Shown: in pieces, positions 9,327 to 20,167 of the stretch
Layout: every line of letters starts with the position of its first letter
Position numbering within the stretch: the first letter of the stretch is position 1
Assembly: GCA_963422375.2 (NCBI GenBank)
Contig: OY729428.2
Location: 1,664,001-1,728,000, forward strand
Direction of reading: 5' to 3'
DNA length: 64,000 nt
From: Bryobacterales bacterium
GTDB taxonomy: Bacteria; Acidobacteriota; Terriglobia; Bryobacterales; UBA6623
Position numbers and translations under genes: made by a program
The notes under the pieces: model-generated
Databases searched by the model: none
What the model was told of the DNA's origin: nothing
The model's input: the letters and a program-made list of their open reading frames with translations, nothing else

Positions 9327-11303
9327 GTGCTGGAGCATGCCCTTTTCGCCCTGATTGCCGGCGGCGCCGTCGTGATCCTGCTGCTACGGCCCCGGCACGG
9401 AGCCGCGCCGGCCGCAGCAGCCTGCGTGGCGGCGGGCGCCGCCGTCGCCCTGGCGGTGATCGAACCGCCGGTTCCCGGCGCGCCGCCTGCCGACCGGCCG
9501 CTCGAGATCCGCGACTCGCGGGGCGCTTCCAGCGGCCCGTACGCCGCTTCGGACCGCTGCCGGGTCTGCCATCCCCGCCAGCACGCGACCTGGTCCGCCA
9601 GCTATCACCGCACGATGACGCAAGTGGTCGGCCCGCACTCCGTGCTGGGCGATTTCGACGACCTGACTCTGTACTTCGACGGACGGTCCTACGACCTGCG
9701 CTCCGCAGGCGGGCGCTATTCCGTGGAACTGTCCGATCCCGATGCAGTCGACGCTGTGCTCGGGCTGGTGCAGGCCGGCGATCTGGAGGCGGCGCGCGCA
9801 GAGGCTGCCCGCATGGCTCGCGTGACGCGGCGGATCGCGATGACGACGGGCTCGCACCATTACCAGCTCTACTGGTACCCGACGGGCCGCAAGCGCGAAC
9901 TGTACCTGCTGCCGTTCGCGTGGATGGTCCGCGAGCGGCGCTGGCTGCCGCGTGTCTCGGTTTTCCTGACGCCGCCCAACCAGCTCGAACCGCGCAAGGT
10001 CTGGAACCGGGACTGCTTGCCCTGCCACGCCACCGGCGGCGCTCCGGGCTATGCGGCGCCGGGCGAGGGCGCTCCCGACACCTCGCTCGCCGAGGCCGGC
10101 ATCTCCTGCGAGGCGTGCCACGGCCCCGGCTCGCCGCACGTCGCGGCCAACGCGGACCCGCTGCGGCGCTACGCGCTGCACCTCGGGGGCGGGCCGGACG
10201 CCTCGATCGTCCAGCCCGGCCGCTTGCCGGCACCGCGCGCCGCCCAGATCTGCGGCCAGTGCCACTCGCTGAACACGCAGTACCACTTCGAGGACTGGGC
10301 GTCCACGTTGCGTGAAGGCTCGCCCTACCGGCCGGGAGACGACTTGGCAGCCACGACCTATGTCGTGCTGCCGCGCACGCTCGAGGCCTCGCCGCTGATG
10401 CGCGACTTCGTGCGCCAGCAGCCCGGCGTTCTCGACGAGTGGTTCTGGCCGGACGGGGAGATCCGGGTTGTGGGCCGGGAGTACAACGGCCTGCTCGAAT
10501 CGCCCTGCTACCAGGGCGGCGCCTTCGGCTGCCTGTCCTGCCACGCCGCCCACGAGTCCGACCCTGCGGACCAGTTGCGGCGCGACCTGACCGAGGACGG
10601 CATGTGCCTGCAATGCCACGTCTCCATGGCCGACCGCGCAGCCGAGCACACCCGGCACGCGCCGGGCTCGGACGGCAGCGGTTGCCAGGACTGCCACATG
10701 CCGCGCACCACGTACGGGCTGCTGCAGGCCTCGCGCAGCCACCGCGTGACCAGCCCGTCGGTCGGCGCGGAGGCCGCTACGGAGAGACCGAACGCCTGCA
10801 ACCTGTGCCACCTCGACCGCACCCTCGCATGGACGGCGGACTGGCTGAGCGAGTGGTACGGCCAGCCGGTGCCGCGGCTGGACCGCGAACAGCGAGCGTT
10901 GCCCGCGGGCGCCGCCTGGGCGCTGCGCGGCGACGCCGGACTGCGTGCCATAGCGGCCTGGCACTTCGGCCGGGCCGCGTCCGCCGCCGTCGGGGAGAGC
11001 GATTGGCTGGTACCGGTGCTGGCGCCGCTGGCGAACGATCCGTACGACGCGGTGCGCTACATCGCTTTGAAGGCGCTGCGCGAGTTCCCGGGCCTTGCGG
11101 GCTTGGAAGTGGACTTCCTCGATCCGCCTGCGGCGCGGGCGGCGGCGGTCGAATCGATCTGGGAGCAGTGGGCGCGTACCGCCCCCGACATCGATCCGGA
11201 CCGGCTGGGCAGCGCGCTCGCCCCCGGCGGCCGGCTGCGGCGCGCGGCGATCGCTGCCCTGTACGCGGACAGGGACGAGCGCCCGGTGTACTTGGTCGAA
11301 TAG
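9327..11303 (+). CDS. Membrane-anchored multiheme c-type cytochrome (8 CxxCH) with helical C-terminal domain
   Basis: CRVCH, CLPCH, CEACH, CGQCH, CLSCH, CLQCH, CQDCH, CNLCH; two N-terminal hydrophobic segments; GTG start at 9327 inferred. Confidence 0.88.
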   Translation: MLEHALFALIAGGAVVILLLRPRHGAAPAAAACVAAGAAVALAVIEPPVPGAPPADRPLEIRDSRGASSGPYAASDRCRVCHPRQHATWSASYHRTMTQVVGPHSVLGDFDDLTLYFDGRSYDLRSAGGRYSVELSDPDAVDAVLGLVQAGDLEAARAEAARMARVTRRIAMTTGSHHYQLYWYPTGRKRELYLLPFAWMVRERRWLPRVSVFLTPPNQLEPRKVWNRDCLPCHATGGAPGYAAPGEGAPDTSLAEAGISCEACHGPGSPHVAANADPLRRYALHLGGGPDASIVQPGRLPAPRAAQICGQCHSLNTQYHFEDWASTLREGSPYRPGDDLAATTYVVLPRTLEASPLMRDFVRQQPGVLDEWFWPDGEIRVVGREYNGLLESPCYQGGAFGCLSCHAAHESDPADQLRRDLTEDGMCLQCHVSMADRAAEHTRHAPGSDGSGCQDCHMPRTTYGLLQASRSHRVTSPSVGAEAATERPNACNLCHLDRTLAWTADWLSEWYGQPVPRLDREQRALPAGAAWALRGDAGLRAIAAWHFGRAASAAVGESDWLVPVLAPLANDPYDAVRYIALKALREFPGLAGLEVDFLDPPAARAAAVESIWEQWARTAPDIDPDRLGSALAPGGRLRRAAIAALYADRDERPVYLVE

Positions 11304-11310
11304 GAAGGCT

Positions 11311-11853
11311 ATGGGCATGGACGCGGGCCAAGGGTCAAGCGGCGACCGGGCGGCGGAGACCGCCGATCTGGCGCGGCGGCACGTCCGGGTCGGCTGGATC
11401 GGGCTGGCGGCGTTTGCGGCGCTGGGCCTGTCCTTGGAAGGCATGCACGCGCTGAAGATCGATTGGTACCTGTCGGAACTGACCGCGATGCGACGCCTGA
11501 TGCTCACTCTGGCGCACGCTCATGGCACGCTGATCGCCGTGTTGCACCTCGCGCTGGGCCTCGTCCTGGCCGGCCCCTGGGCGGACGGCCCGGCGCCCTG
11601 GCTGGCCGCGCGCCTGCTGTCGGCGGCGCTGCTGCTGATGCCGGCAGGATTCTTGCTAGGCGGCCTGTACGTGTACGAGGGCGATCCCGGCGTGGGGGTC
11701 GCGCTGGCGCCGCTGGGCGGCCTGTGCTTGCTGGCCGCCCTCGTCGGGCTCGCCGCGCACCGGGCGGCACCGGGCCGCTCTCGGACGGCCGATCCGGACG
11801 CGCAGGTCGGGCCCCGCCGGCGAGTCCCTCCCAAGCGCCGGCGCGGGCGGTAG
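11311..11853 (+). CDS. Hypothetical 4-TM membrane protein
   Basis: Starts 7 bp after the cytochrome stop; four hydrophobic segments; LEGMH and TLAHAHGTL histidine motifs. Confidence 0.75.
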   Translation: MGMDAGQGSSGDRAAETADLARRHVRVGWIGLAAFAALGLSLEGMHALKIDWYLSELTAMRRLMLTLAHAHGTLIAVLHLALGLVLAGPWADGPAPWLAARLLSAALLLMPAGFLLGGLYVYEGDPGVGVALAPLGGLCLLAALVGLAAHRAAPGRSRTADPDAQVGPRRRVPPKRRRGR

Positions 11854-12210
11854 CAGCGACGATTCCACCGCCACGGTCGCGCCCGCACCGCGGGATCCGG
11901 GAATGGCTTGGGCGGCCGGGTCAATTCGCGCCACCCTTGTCCGCCTCGAACCCCAGCGAGCCTCGCCGGAGCAACCTGTTCCGCCTGCCCTCGCGTTCCT
12001 GCAGCGCGTCGCAGGTTCGACGGCGGAGCTCGTCCGGGAGACACACTGCAACCGCTGGTGTACGGGCTGGCGCTGCACCGGCGCATGCGCGCGACGCACT
12101 CCGGGGCGGGAGTCCGGAGTCCGACGAGCGCACCAAACGAGAACTCGCGTGTCGCGCATCAGTGGAGAATCCAGGCCCTCAGTCCGACTGGCTGCCAGCC
12201 CGGCCGACCG

Positions 12211-12423
12211 TCAGCGCGGGACTGATTTCGCGAGCAGTTCGCGGCGTGCGCGCTGCGCTTCCTCGAGGCTGCGAAACCGGAACACCCCCCGCTGGTACTG
12301 GCGGGGCGACAGCAAGCGGTAGCGGGCGTTGTGACGGATGAACCGCTCGAACCCATCCTCCGAACGGCGCGGGAGCGGGGTCGCGTTCATCTCCTCGATC
12401 GATCGGAAACGCTGGACTCCCAT
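12211..12423 (-). CDS. Small hypothetical protein, partner of the adjacent nucleotidyltransferase
   Basis: 70 aa; ATG directly abuts the upstream stop; internal repeat GVQRFRSIEEM / GVFRFRSLEEA. Confidence 0.65.
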   Translation of the reverse strand: MGVQRFRSIEEMNATPLPRRSEDGFERFIRHNARYRLLSPRQYQRGVFRFRSLEEAQRARRELLAKSVPR

Positions 12424-12900
12424 CTATGCGTCCTCCTCGAGATCGAAGTGACTCTTGAGAACTGCGGCGTCCTGGCGATCCAGAGGCCCGACAGTTCCTT
12501 TCTTGAGTCGATACAGAGCGGCGGGGGGCGCGACCCGCACCCGGGTCCCTTCGACTTCCTTGGTTTCGGCCTCGACCGACTCGTAGGTCGCCATTTCACC
12601 GAGCCTCGTCACCAAGTCGAAGTAGAGATCGCCGCTCGGCGGAAAATACCGGACTGCCGGATACTCGCCCAGCAGGTCGTCGGCTCGGATCTCGTCCACA
12701 GCCGGGTCGTCCGGATAAGCCTCCCGCAGCGCCGTCCGGATCCGATCGATGTTCTCCCGGGCTGCTCTCGCTAGAAGATCCAGGCCATCGGTGGCACGCA
12801 CCACGTCGTGGAAGCCCATGGCTGCCGCTCCGATCACAACGTAGTCAGCGCCGGCCTTCTCGAGGGCGCCCAGCGCGCGGAGCACCTCGTCGCGATCCAC
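12424..12900 (-). CDS. Nucleotidyltransferase family protein (possibly inactivated)
   Basis: DYVVIGAAAM.FH..VRATDGLDL, LYRLKK....DRQD; the RxTxDxD motif appears to carry a D>G change. Confidence 0.75.
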   Translation of the reverse strand: MDRDEVLRALGALEKAGADYVVIGAAAMGFHDVVRATDGLDLLARAARENIDRIRTALREAYPDDPAVDEIRADDLLGEYPAVRYFPPSGDLYFDLVTRLGEMATYESVEAETKEVEGTRVRVAPPAALYRLKKGTVGPLDRQDAAVLKSHFDLEEDA

Positions 12901-13084
12901 CGCCTCAGCCTAGCAACCGCCCCGGCAGGGCTGCATCGCCGCAGGCCGCGCCTTCCCCCGTCGCAATCGTTTCGTGGACTCGCGTGCCGCGACGTCAACG
13001 CAGTCCGCGCGCCGCAGTGGCCGCGCCGCGATGAGGAGCCGGACGGGGGGCCTCGCAGCTGGGGGTTAGAACGTGAACCGCAGC

Positions 13085-13350
13085 GTGAGGTGAACGCTTC
13101 GATTCTATGCTGGACAATGAAGTTCGCCTCAATCCAAGTGTTACTTCCATCGAACGATATGACTTTCCTAAAGGAAGAGCCGCCGAAGTTCCAGCGACCG
13201 AAAAGAAAGCGACTACTGCCGTTCGTCTGTACTACAGGAGCTTCCAGTACATGCTCGCTACCAACTGACCAGCGGAATTTCTGTGGCGTGGTTACGCGGC
13301 GACCATCGACAACAATATCCAACCCAGGGGGATTTGTCGACAAGGTGGCG
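13085..13350 (-). pseudogene. Lower-GC orphan fragment of a large surface/secreted protein domain
   Basis: STNPPGLDIVVDGRRVTTPQKFRWSVGSEHVLEAP..FLFGRW..WIEANF reads as a beta-sandwich repeat; no proper gene context. Confidence 0.5.
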
Positions 13351-13379
13351 ACCCGGACAGGGGGCAGCCGTTGGGCCGG

Positions 13380-14393
13380 TCACCCGCCGGTGGACCGCCG
13401 GCGGGTCCGTTGGAATTGGCGCAGGTTGCGCACGGCTCGGTTGTGCGCTCCCAGCGACTTGGAGAAGACGTGGCCCCCTGCGTCTCCCGGCTTGGCCACG
13501 AAGTACAGGAAGCTGCTGGCGTCAGGCGCGAAAGCCGCAAGGAGGGCGGGTCGGCCCGGATTCGTGATCGGGCCGGGCGGAAGGCCGCCATGCACGTAGG
13601 TGTTGTACGGATGAGGGCGCGCCAGGTCCGCCTTGAGTAGCCGGCCTCGGTAGCTGCCCTCGAGCATCAGCCCGTAGATGACCGTCGGATCGCACTGCAT
13701 CCGCATGCCAAGACGCATGCGGTTGTGAAACACAGACGAGACGAGGCCATGTTCGGATTCCTGGCCGGTCTCCTTCTCGATCATCGAGGCCAGCACCAGC
13801 GCGTCCCAGTCCTCGATCGACGACGTGCGTCGGCTGCGCGCCTCGAGCAGGGCACCTCGGAACCGGGCGACCATGGCGGCTACCAGGTCTTTGGCGGTCG
13901 ATGTCTTAGCGAGGCTGTACGTCTCGGGAAACAGGCACCCCTCGAGCGTCTCGGCCTGCGGCAGCAGGTCGCTTACCGGCGATGGATCGCCGCTGAGCCA
14001 CAGGAATTCCTCGCCGTCCACCAATCCCGACTGATCCGCCAGTGCGGCGATTTCCAAGCGGTTCAGCCCTTCCGGGATCGTGAGCCGATACAGTCGGACC
14101 TGCCCGTTCGCGATCGTTTCGAATGCCTCGCGCGCCTCGACGGGCACCCTGAACTGGTACTCCCCGGCTAGCAGAGGCATGTCGCGATTCCACGCCCGCA
14201 CCCACAGGAAGTGCCATTTCGAATCGATCACGCCGAGAGACTCGAGCCGCTCCGCGATCCGTCGCGAGCTGGTGCCGCGCTCGATTTCCAGGATCACGGG
14301 CTGGTCGAACGGCACCGCTTGGTCCGCGGGTCCCCCGCATCCCGCGAGGATGATCGCGACCAGCAGGGCCAGCTCAGGTGTGCGATTCGGCAA
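13380..14393 (-). CDS. mltG: Endolytic transglycosylase MltG
   Basis: LTIPEG, LEGCLFPETY, LASMIEKET, MQCDPTVIY, YNTY..GLPPGPITNPG, LYFVA. Confidence 0.95.
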   Translation of the reverse strand: MPNRTPELALLVAIILAGCGGPADQAVPFDQPVILEIERGTSSRRIAERLESLGVIDSKWHFLWVRAWNRDMPLLAGEYQFRVPVEAREAFETIANGQVRLYRLTIPEGLNRLEIAALADQSGLVDGEEFLWLSGDPSPVSDLLPQAETLEGCLFPETYSLAKTSTAKDLVAAMVARFRGALLEARSRRTSSIEDWDALVLASMIEKETGQESEHGLVSSVFHNRMRLGMRMQCDPTVIYGLMLEGSYRGRLLKADLARPHPYNTYVHGGLPPGPITNPGRPALLAAFAPDASSFLYFVAKPGDAGGHVFSKSLGAHNRAVRNLRQFQRTRRRSTGG

Positions 14394-14775
14394 GGTAGCT
14401 CTCTAGGAGCAGGACCGCGGCGAGGCGGTCCGTCGCTCCGCGCTCGCGTCGTCCGGGTCCGAGCAGGTCTCCGGCCTGCCAGCTGGTAAGCCGCTCGTCT
14501 CGCATCTCGACCCTGACCCCGGAATGCCGCGCCAGCCGACGTCCGAATCTAGCCGCCCGCACGGATGACGGGCTCTCGGTCCCGTCCATGTGGAGGGGCT
14601 TGCCCACGACGACGGTCTCTATCCCGCGCTGCCGGATCAGGGTGCCGAGCGCATCGAGATCCGCGCGGACGCTCTTGCGCACCAGAGTGGGCAGCCCGTG
14701 CGCCAGCATGCCCAGTTCGTCGCTCACCGCGATGCCGATCCTCCGCATCCCCCAGTCCAGCGCCATGACTCGCAA
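14374..14775 (-). CDS. ruvX: RuvX/YqgF pre-16S rRNA nuclease
   Basis: ALDWGMRRIGIAVSD, VVGKPLHMDG, DERLTS, DRLAAVLLLESYL; adjacent to mltG. Confidence 0.93.
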   Translation of the reverse strand: MRVMALDWGMRRIGIAVSDELGMLAHGLPTLVRKSVRADLDALGTLIRQRGIETVVVGKPLHMDGTESPSSVRAARFGRRLARHSGVRVEMRDERLTSWQAGDLLGPGRRERGATDRLAAVLLLESYLAESHT

Positions 14776-14818
14776 GGCTCGCCGCCCTCCTCGGTCGATG
14801 CGTTCGAAGCCGGCGGAG

Positions 14819-16228
14819 TCATGGATTGCGCCTCATCTGCTCGATGGTCACGTCCCAAGGCTGGGGCCCCAAGGGATCGTAGCGCGGCCGGGCGTCCCTG
14901 GCTGGCATGCTCGCGGCGACCGCGCGGAGCCTCTCCATTGCGGCGACATGCTCGGGCAGACCGCTGTCGACCAAGTTGTGCGCTTCCCCGGGGTCCCGGG
15001 CCAGGTCGTACAGCTCGCGTACCTCCCGCCGATGAACGTGGACCTTGTAGCGCTTGTCGCGAATCACTCGGGGCGCGAAGTCCTCGACTCCGCGGACGCC
15101 GTTCTCGTCCAGCACGGCAGCGCCGAAGCCCATTGCTGCGATCCAATCGCGAGGGCTGTCTTGCTCCTCTCCCAAGATGACCCTGGCGATCGACTTGCCG
15201 TCCAGATCCACGCCCGCGGGCAGGTCCGCTCCGGCGAGCTCGCAGAACGTGGGCAGCAGGTCGGAGAAATCGGTAAGCGCGTCGGTCTCGACGCCGGCCG
15301 GCACTAGGCCTGGACCGTTCACTATGAAGGGCTGGCGCGGGCCGTTCTCGGTCAGGCGCCCCTTGCCCCCGGCGACCAGCCGTCCGTTCAGACGGCCGCG
15401 GATGCCCCGCGCAGTGCCGTTGTCCGTCGTGAAGATGACGACAGTGTTATCGCGGACGCCCGCGTCGTCCAGCGCCTTGACCAGCCGGCCGACGAGATAG
15501 TCGGTGTAGCGTACCATCGCCTTGTGCTTCTCGAGCGCGGATTCGGCGAAAGGCTCGTGGGGAGTCCGCACGAGAGGCCCGTGCGTGAGTGTCATGGGGT
15601 AGTACAGCAGCATCGGGCGGTCCCGGTTCCGCCTCACGAAGTCGACCAGGAAGTCGTTGTATAGGTCCGGGCCGAACTGCCCCTCGTAGGTCCGGCTGGT
15701 CCGCTTGTCGGTGAAGACGTACGGGTTCCAATACCTTTCGTTGCTGACTGGGTTGTCTCCCTCCCCGCCGGTCCAAACCGACCACTCGTCGAATCCATGC
15801 TCGAACAGGGCTCGGGGCTGGACGCGAAAATCGTTGATCTGCCACTTCCCGGCCACCGCAGTGGCGTAGCCGGCCTTCCGCAGCAGCCGGGCGAACGAGA
15901 CGTTGTGCGCGGGGTCGAAGTGGCACCCCGCTCCCCACCGAGGCACGTCCCAGTGATTCGTCCAGCCGTGCCGGAACGGGTACTGCCCGGTGAGGAGCGT
16001 GACGCGGGTCGGCGTGCATTGCGGCATCGAGTACGCGTTGCGGAAGAGCATCCCGCCGGACGCCAGCTTGTCGATGTTGGGAGTCTCGATGCCCTCTCCC
16101 CCGTAGCTCGAGATCCATTCCGGTCCTAGGTCGTCCACCATGACGAGGACGATATTGGGCGGGGCCGCCCATGCCGAGGCGGCGGCGAGCCAGACAGCGA
16201 AACGGGCGATTCTCGTCGTCGGTCCCAT
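14819..16228 (-). CDS. Sulfatase (Cys-type FGly)
   Basis: Signal peptide, PNIVLVMVDDLG, CTPTR, AGKWQ, TTDNG; ATG at 16228. Confidence 0.92.
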   Translation of the reverse strand: MGPTTRIARFAVWLAAASAWAAPPNIVLVMVDDLGPEWISSYGGEGIETPNIDKLASGGMLFRNAYSMPQCTPTRVTLLTGQYPFRHGWTNHWDVPRWGAGCHFDPAHNVSFARLLRKAGYATAVAGKWQINDFRVQPRALFEHGFDEWSVWTGGEGDNPVSNERYWNPYVFTDKRTSRTYEGQFGPDLYNDFLVDFVRRNRDRPMLLYYPMTLTHGPLVRTPHEPFAESALEKHKAMVRYTDYLVGRLVKALDDAGVRDNTVVIFTTDNGTARGIRGRLNGRLVAGGKGRLTENGPRQPFIVNGPGLVPAGVETDALTDFSDLLPTFCELAGADLPAGVDLDGKSIARVILGEEQDSPRDWIAAMGFGAAVLDENGVRGVEDFAPRVIRDKRYKVHVHRREVRELYDLARDPGEAHNLVDSGLPEHVAAMERLRAVAASMPARDARPRYDPLGPQPWDVTIEQMRRNP

Positions 16229-17067
16229 CAAGCTAGGGTAATACGATCGATCTTGCTCGCGGTTGAGATCGCTCGGTCCAGGTTCGGGCGGACGGGTCAG
16301 CGTGCTAGCTCCGGATGCATGGGTGGCTGTGTGGCGAGGGTTGCTCTGGCGTCCAGATCTCCCGGCGCGAGTCCGTGTCCGAGCGCGGTGGAGCAGCGGA
16401 GGCGCTTCGGCCGAGTGGCAACTCGCGTCGGGTAGGGGGCAAGCAAGGCATATGGACCGAGGTAGCAGTTCTGGCGAATTGGCTCTTGAGCGCCGAGTAG
16501 CGCGTCCCGGATACGCCTGGCGACAGGGGTGAACGAGACGAGGCCGTGGCCGGCACCCTGCCCGCGCTGGCTGCCGGTCGCTCCAGCTGCCCCGGCGACA
16601 GCCCTGACCGGATCTTGACGGCGGACTGCCGGACGTTCGGGAGTTGCGCCGGTACGCCGTAAGGCTATACCCCGCCGGAGCTGCGGGGCGCCAATAGCGT
16701 ACCGCTCGCGCCGGAATTGACATGGCGCGGGCGCGGCTTCCGGCATCCCGGCGATGCCGCATGTGCCGCGCAGGGAAAAGGATACAGGCACTCTGACGCC
16801 CTTGTCGCCGGTCCCGGCGAGCCCGGTCATGCAGCGGTGCCGGCGATGTGATCGGGGCGCGTCCGGCAGCGTGCTTGGCTGACCCGGTCGCAGCGCAGGT
16901 GCTCCTTGAATTGCCTCCGCAGGTCCCCCGGTCGGGAGGCGACGAGGCTGCGCCGAAGACCGCCGGTTGGCGTTGCGCCGTGCGGGTCGCACGCGCGCCG
17001 CCGTTCGAAGTGGAGAAAGCCGTCCGCGGTGCCGATTTGTCCAGCCCGAACTGGCTGTCGCTCGGCC

Positions 17068-17985
17068 TCAGCCTCCGTCGGGAAAGTTCCGCATCAGGTC
17101 GTCGGCAAGCATCTCGGCTTTGAACAGTTGGCCGGGGCTCATGTGCTTGCCAAGGAGTTCAGTGTGCCGCCTTGCAGATTGGTCTTGGCGTGTGGAGGCG
17201 GCGTGGAGGCAGAATCCGTAGGTATGAATCAGGTTCGGCGGGCTGGCGTCGTACCCTTGCCGAATTTCCTCGAGGAGGCCCTCGGCCCATTCGTGGGAGC
17301 TATCCATGGCCTTGCGCCACCAGTGCCGGGCTGCGGCGTGGTCGACCTCGACACCGTTCCCGTGAATGCACTTCAGCCCCATGTTGTACTGCGCGCGCAT
17401 GTCGCCGAGTTCGGCGGCCTTCCGGCACCACCGAGCGCTCTCGCTCTTGTCGACCGGCACCGTTTCTCCGTCGTCGTAGAGGAGGCTTAGCCGGAACGCG
17501 GCCTCTTTACGGTCTTGCTGCGCGGAAAGCTTGAGCCAGCGCACGCCTTCGGCGGGGTCCGACTGAAGCCCTTCGCCGTCAAGAAGCATGGTCCCGAGAA
17601 GCAGTTGACCGTAAGCGTCGCCCAACTCGGCGCCCTTGCGGAACCAGCGCGCCGCTTCCTCGAGGTCAACGGGTCCGCTCGTGCCTCGGACGGCCGCAAG
17701 GCCAACCTCCACCGCCGCCTCGGCGTGGCCGCTCTCGGCGGCCTTGACGAGCCATGCCTTCCCTTTCTCGCAGTCTTGGTCAACCCCTTGGCCCAGCATG
17801 AACATCCTGCCGACGTCGTACTGAGCCACCGGAATCCCGATTTCCGCTAGGAGCTGGGCCGTTGCGAAAGTCTTTTCGAGGTCGGAATCGAGTGCTCCGA
17901 GCTCGGCGGGGCCCGATTCCGGCCGGGCTGTCGTCGGCCGATCCGTATTCCTTCGACGACGGTGCCGGCCCGGTCGCTTCTGCAT
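17068..17985 (-). CDS. Sel1-like repeat protein
   Basis: Repeats AQYDVGRMFMLGQGVDQD..W..KAAESG, AARWFRKGAELG, AQYNMGL...GNGVEVD. Confidence 0.88.
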   Translation of the reverse strand: MQKRPGRHRRRRNTDRPTTARPESGPAELGALDSDLEKTFATAQLLAEIGIPVAQYDVGRMFMLGQGVDQDCEKGKAWLVKAAESGHAEAAVEVGLAAVRGTSGPVDLEEAARWFRKGAELGDAYGQLLLGTMLLDGEGLQSDPAEGVRWLKLSAQQDRKEAAFRLSLLYDDGETVPVDKSESARWCRKAAELGDMRAQYNMGLKCIHGNGVEVDHAAARHWWRKAMDSSHEWAEGLLEEIRQGYDASPPNLIHTYGFCLHAASTRQDQSARRHTELLGKHMSPGQLFKAEMLADDLMRNFPDGG

Positions 17986-18192
17986 GAGTCGAAGGGTACA
18001 CCATTCCCCGTGCGCGTCCGGCACGAGCTTCCGGATCTCAGCGGGGACCGCCCTCGAGGCCGCGGCAGGCTCGGCCGTACGGAACAGTCTCCAAGCCAGT
18101 TCCCCTGCATTGGCTCCGTCCCCCGGGCCGCTCGCCCGTAGTCGCGAGGAAGACCGGGCCCGCGCACGTCGGATCGGCCAAACTGTTAGACC

Positions 18193-20148
18193 GTGGAAGG
18201 ACCCTACTCATCAGACGATCCCTCGATCTACGAGATCCAAACAGACGCCGCCGGTCCCTCAGGCCAGCTGCCCTTGACACCCGCCATGCTGCGCACGCTG
18301 CCCAGCGGCGACATATTCGGATGGACCCAGGACGCCGGAATGGGCTGGAATCCAGCCCATCTCGGACGGGACGAGTACCTCATTCTTAGCACCCAGGGCG
18401 GAATCCGGGGCGAGGACGGCTCCCCCGTGGCCCTCGGCTACCACACCGGGCACTTCGAGGTCGGCCTGTTGATGAGGGAGGCCGCCATCGAGCTCCGCGA
18501 GCGAGGGAGCATTCCGTTCGCGGGCTACTGCAGCGACCCCTGCGACGGTCGCACCCAAGGCACGCCGGGGATGATGGACTCGCTGCCCTACCGCAATGAC
18601 GCAGCGCAGGTTCTCCGCCGCCTGATTCGGTCCCTGCCAACCCGTCGCGGCGTGATCGGGGTCGCTACCTGCGACAAGGGCCTCCCGGCGATGATGATGG
18701 CTCTCGCCTCGATGCACGACCTGCCCTGCGTGCTCGTGCCGGGGGGCGTCACTCTCCCGGCTCGCGACGGCGAGGACGCCGGCAAGGTGCAGACCATCGG
18801 CGCCCGTTTCTCGCATGGGGAACTGAGCTTGGAGCAGGCGCGCGACTTCGGGTGCAAGGCCTGCGGCACGCCCGGCGGGGGCTGCCAATTCCTCGGGACC
18901 GCGGCGACGGCCCAGGTCGTCGCCGAAGCGCTGGGCTTGGCCCCGCCGCACTCGGCGCTCGCGCCGTCCGGGCAGGCAGTATGGAAGCAGGCCGCCCGCA
19001 GGGCGGCGAGGGCGGTGGTCGCCCAGCGCTCCGCCGGCCTCGCCGTCCGCGACATCCTGACCGACGGGGCCCTGCGGAACGCGATGGTGGTCCATGCCGC
19101 GTTCGGTGGGTCCACCAACCTCCTGCTGCACCTGCCGGCCGTCGCCTACTGCGCCGGCCTCCGAAGGCCGACGGTCGAGGACTGGGCCGCCGTCAATTGC
19201 CAGGTGGTCCGCTTGGTCGACGTCCTGCCCAACGGCCCGGCGGGCCATCCCACGGTGCGCGCGTTCCTCGCGGGCGGAGTGCCCGAAGTCATGCGGCACT
19301 TGCGCGATCTCGGCCTGCTGGATCTGGACGCCCTGACGGCGTCGGGCATGCCGCTGGGGCCCTCGCTCGAGCGGTGGGAGGGGAGCGAGCGGCGCAGGGC
19401 GTTCCGCGAGACCCTAGCACGGCTCGACGGAGTGGATCCGGACGAGGTGATCTACGCGCCCTCGGCTGCAAGCCGACGCGGGCTGACCAGCACCATCACG
19501 TTCTGCCGCGGCAACCTGGCTCCGGACGGGGCGGTAGTGAAGAGCACCGCGATCGATCCGTCCGTCATCGACGCGAGCGGCGTCTACCGCAAGGTCGGGC
19601 CGGCGCGCATCTTCACGCGCGAGGCCGACGCCATCGAGGCCCTCAAGAGCGGTTCGGTGCGGCCGGGGGACATCATGGCGCTGATCTGCTGCGGGCCCCT
19701 CGGATCGGGCATGGAAGAGATCTACCAGATCACCTCGACGCTCAAGCATCTCTCGTACGGCAAGCAAATCGCAGTCGTCACGGACGCTCGCTTCTCCGGC
19801 GTGTCGACCGGTGCCTGCGTCGGGCACGTCGGGCCCGAGGCTCTCGAGGGCGGACCGCTCGGTCGCCTCCTCGAGGGCGACCTGCTGCGCATCGAAATCG
19901 ACTGTCGCAGGCTGCAGGGCTCGGTCGACTTGGTCGGGCACGGCGGCAGCCTCTTCGGGCCCGCGGAGGGCGAGCGCGTTCTGCGCGGTCGGCGCATGCG
20001 GCCGGACTTGGCCCCGCACCCCGGCCTCCCGGACGACACCCGCCTATGGGCGGCGCTCCAGCGCTGCGGCGGAGGCGCGTGGCAAGGATGCGTCTACGAC
20101 GTCGATGCGATCGTCTCGGCCCTCGAGCGCGGGGGCGGCGCGGCCTAG
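18193..20148 (+). CDS. YjhG/YagF-family D-xylonate dehydratase (IlvD/Edd family)
   Basis: [63 protein letters not shown]. Confidence 0.93.
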   Translation: MEGPYSSDDPSIYEIQTDAAGPSGQLPLTPAMLRTLPSGDIFGWTQDAGMGWNPAHLGRDEYLILSTQGGIRGEDGSPVALGYHTGHFEVGLLMREAAIELRERGSIPFAGYCSDPCDGRTQGTPGMMDSLPYRNDAAQVLRRLIRSLPTRRGVIGVATCDKGLPAMMMALASMHDLPCVLVPGGVTLPARDGEDAGKVQTIGARFSHGELSLEQARDFGCKACGTPGGGCQFLGTAATAQVVAEALGLAPPHSALAPSGQAVWKQAARRAARAVVAQRSAGLAVRDILTDGALRNAMVVHAAFGGSTNLLLHLPAVAYCAGLRRPTVEDWAAVNCQVVRLVDVLPNGPAGHPTVRAFLAGGVPEVMRHLRDLGLLDLDALTASGMPLGPSLERWEGSERRRAFRETLARLDGVDPDEVIYAPSAASRRGLTSTITFCRGNLAPDGAVVKSTAIDPSVIDASGVYRKVGPARIFTREADAIEALKSGSVRPGDIMALICCGPLGSGMEEIYQITSTLKHLSYGKQIAVVTDARFSGVSTGACVGHVGPEALEGGPLGRLLEGDLLRIEIDCRRLQGSVDLVGHGGSLFGPAEGERVLRGRRMRPDLAPHPGLPDDTRLWAALQRCGGGAWQGCVYDVDAIVSALERGGGAA

Positions 20149-20167
20149 GGACGCTCGTGGAGCGGCA

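Noticed and set aside
16229..17067. ~840-bp intergenic region as ncRNA or gene
   Set aside because: No credible ORF, repeat or recognisable RNA motif; probably decayed DNA
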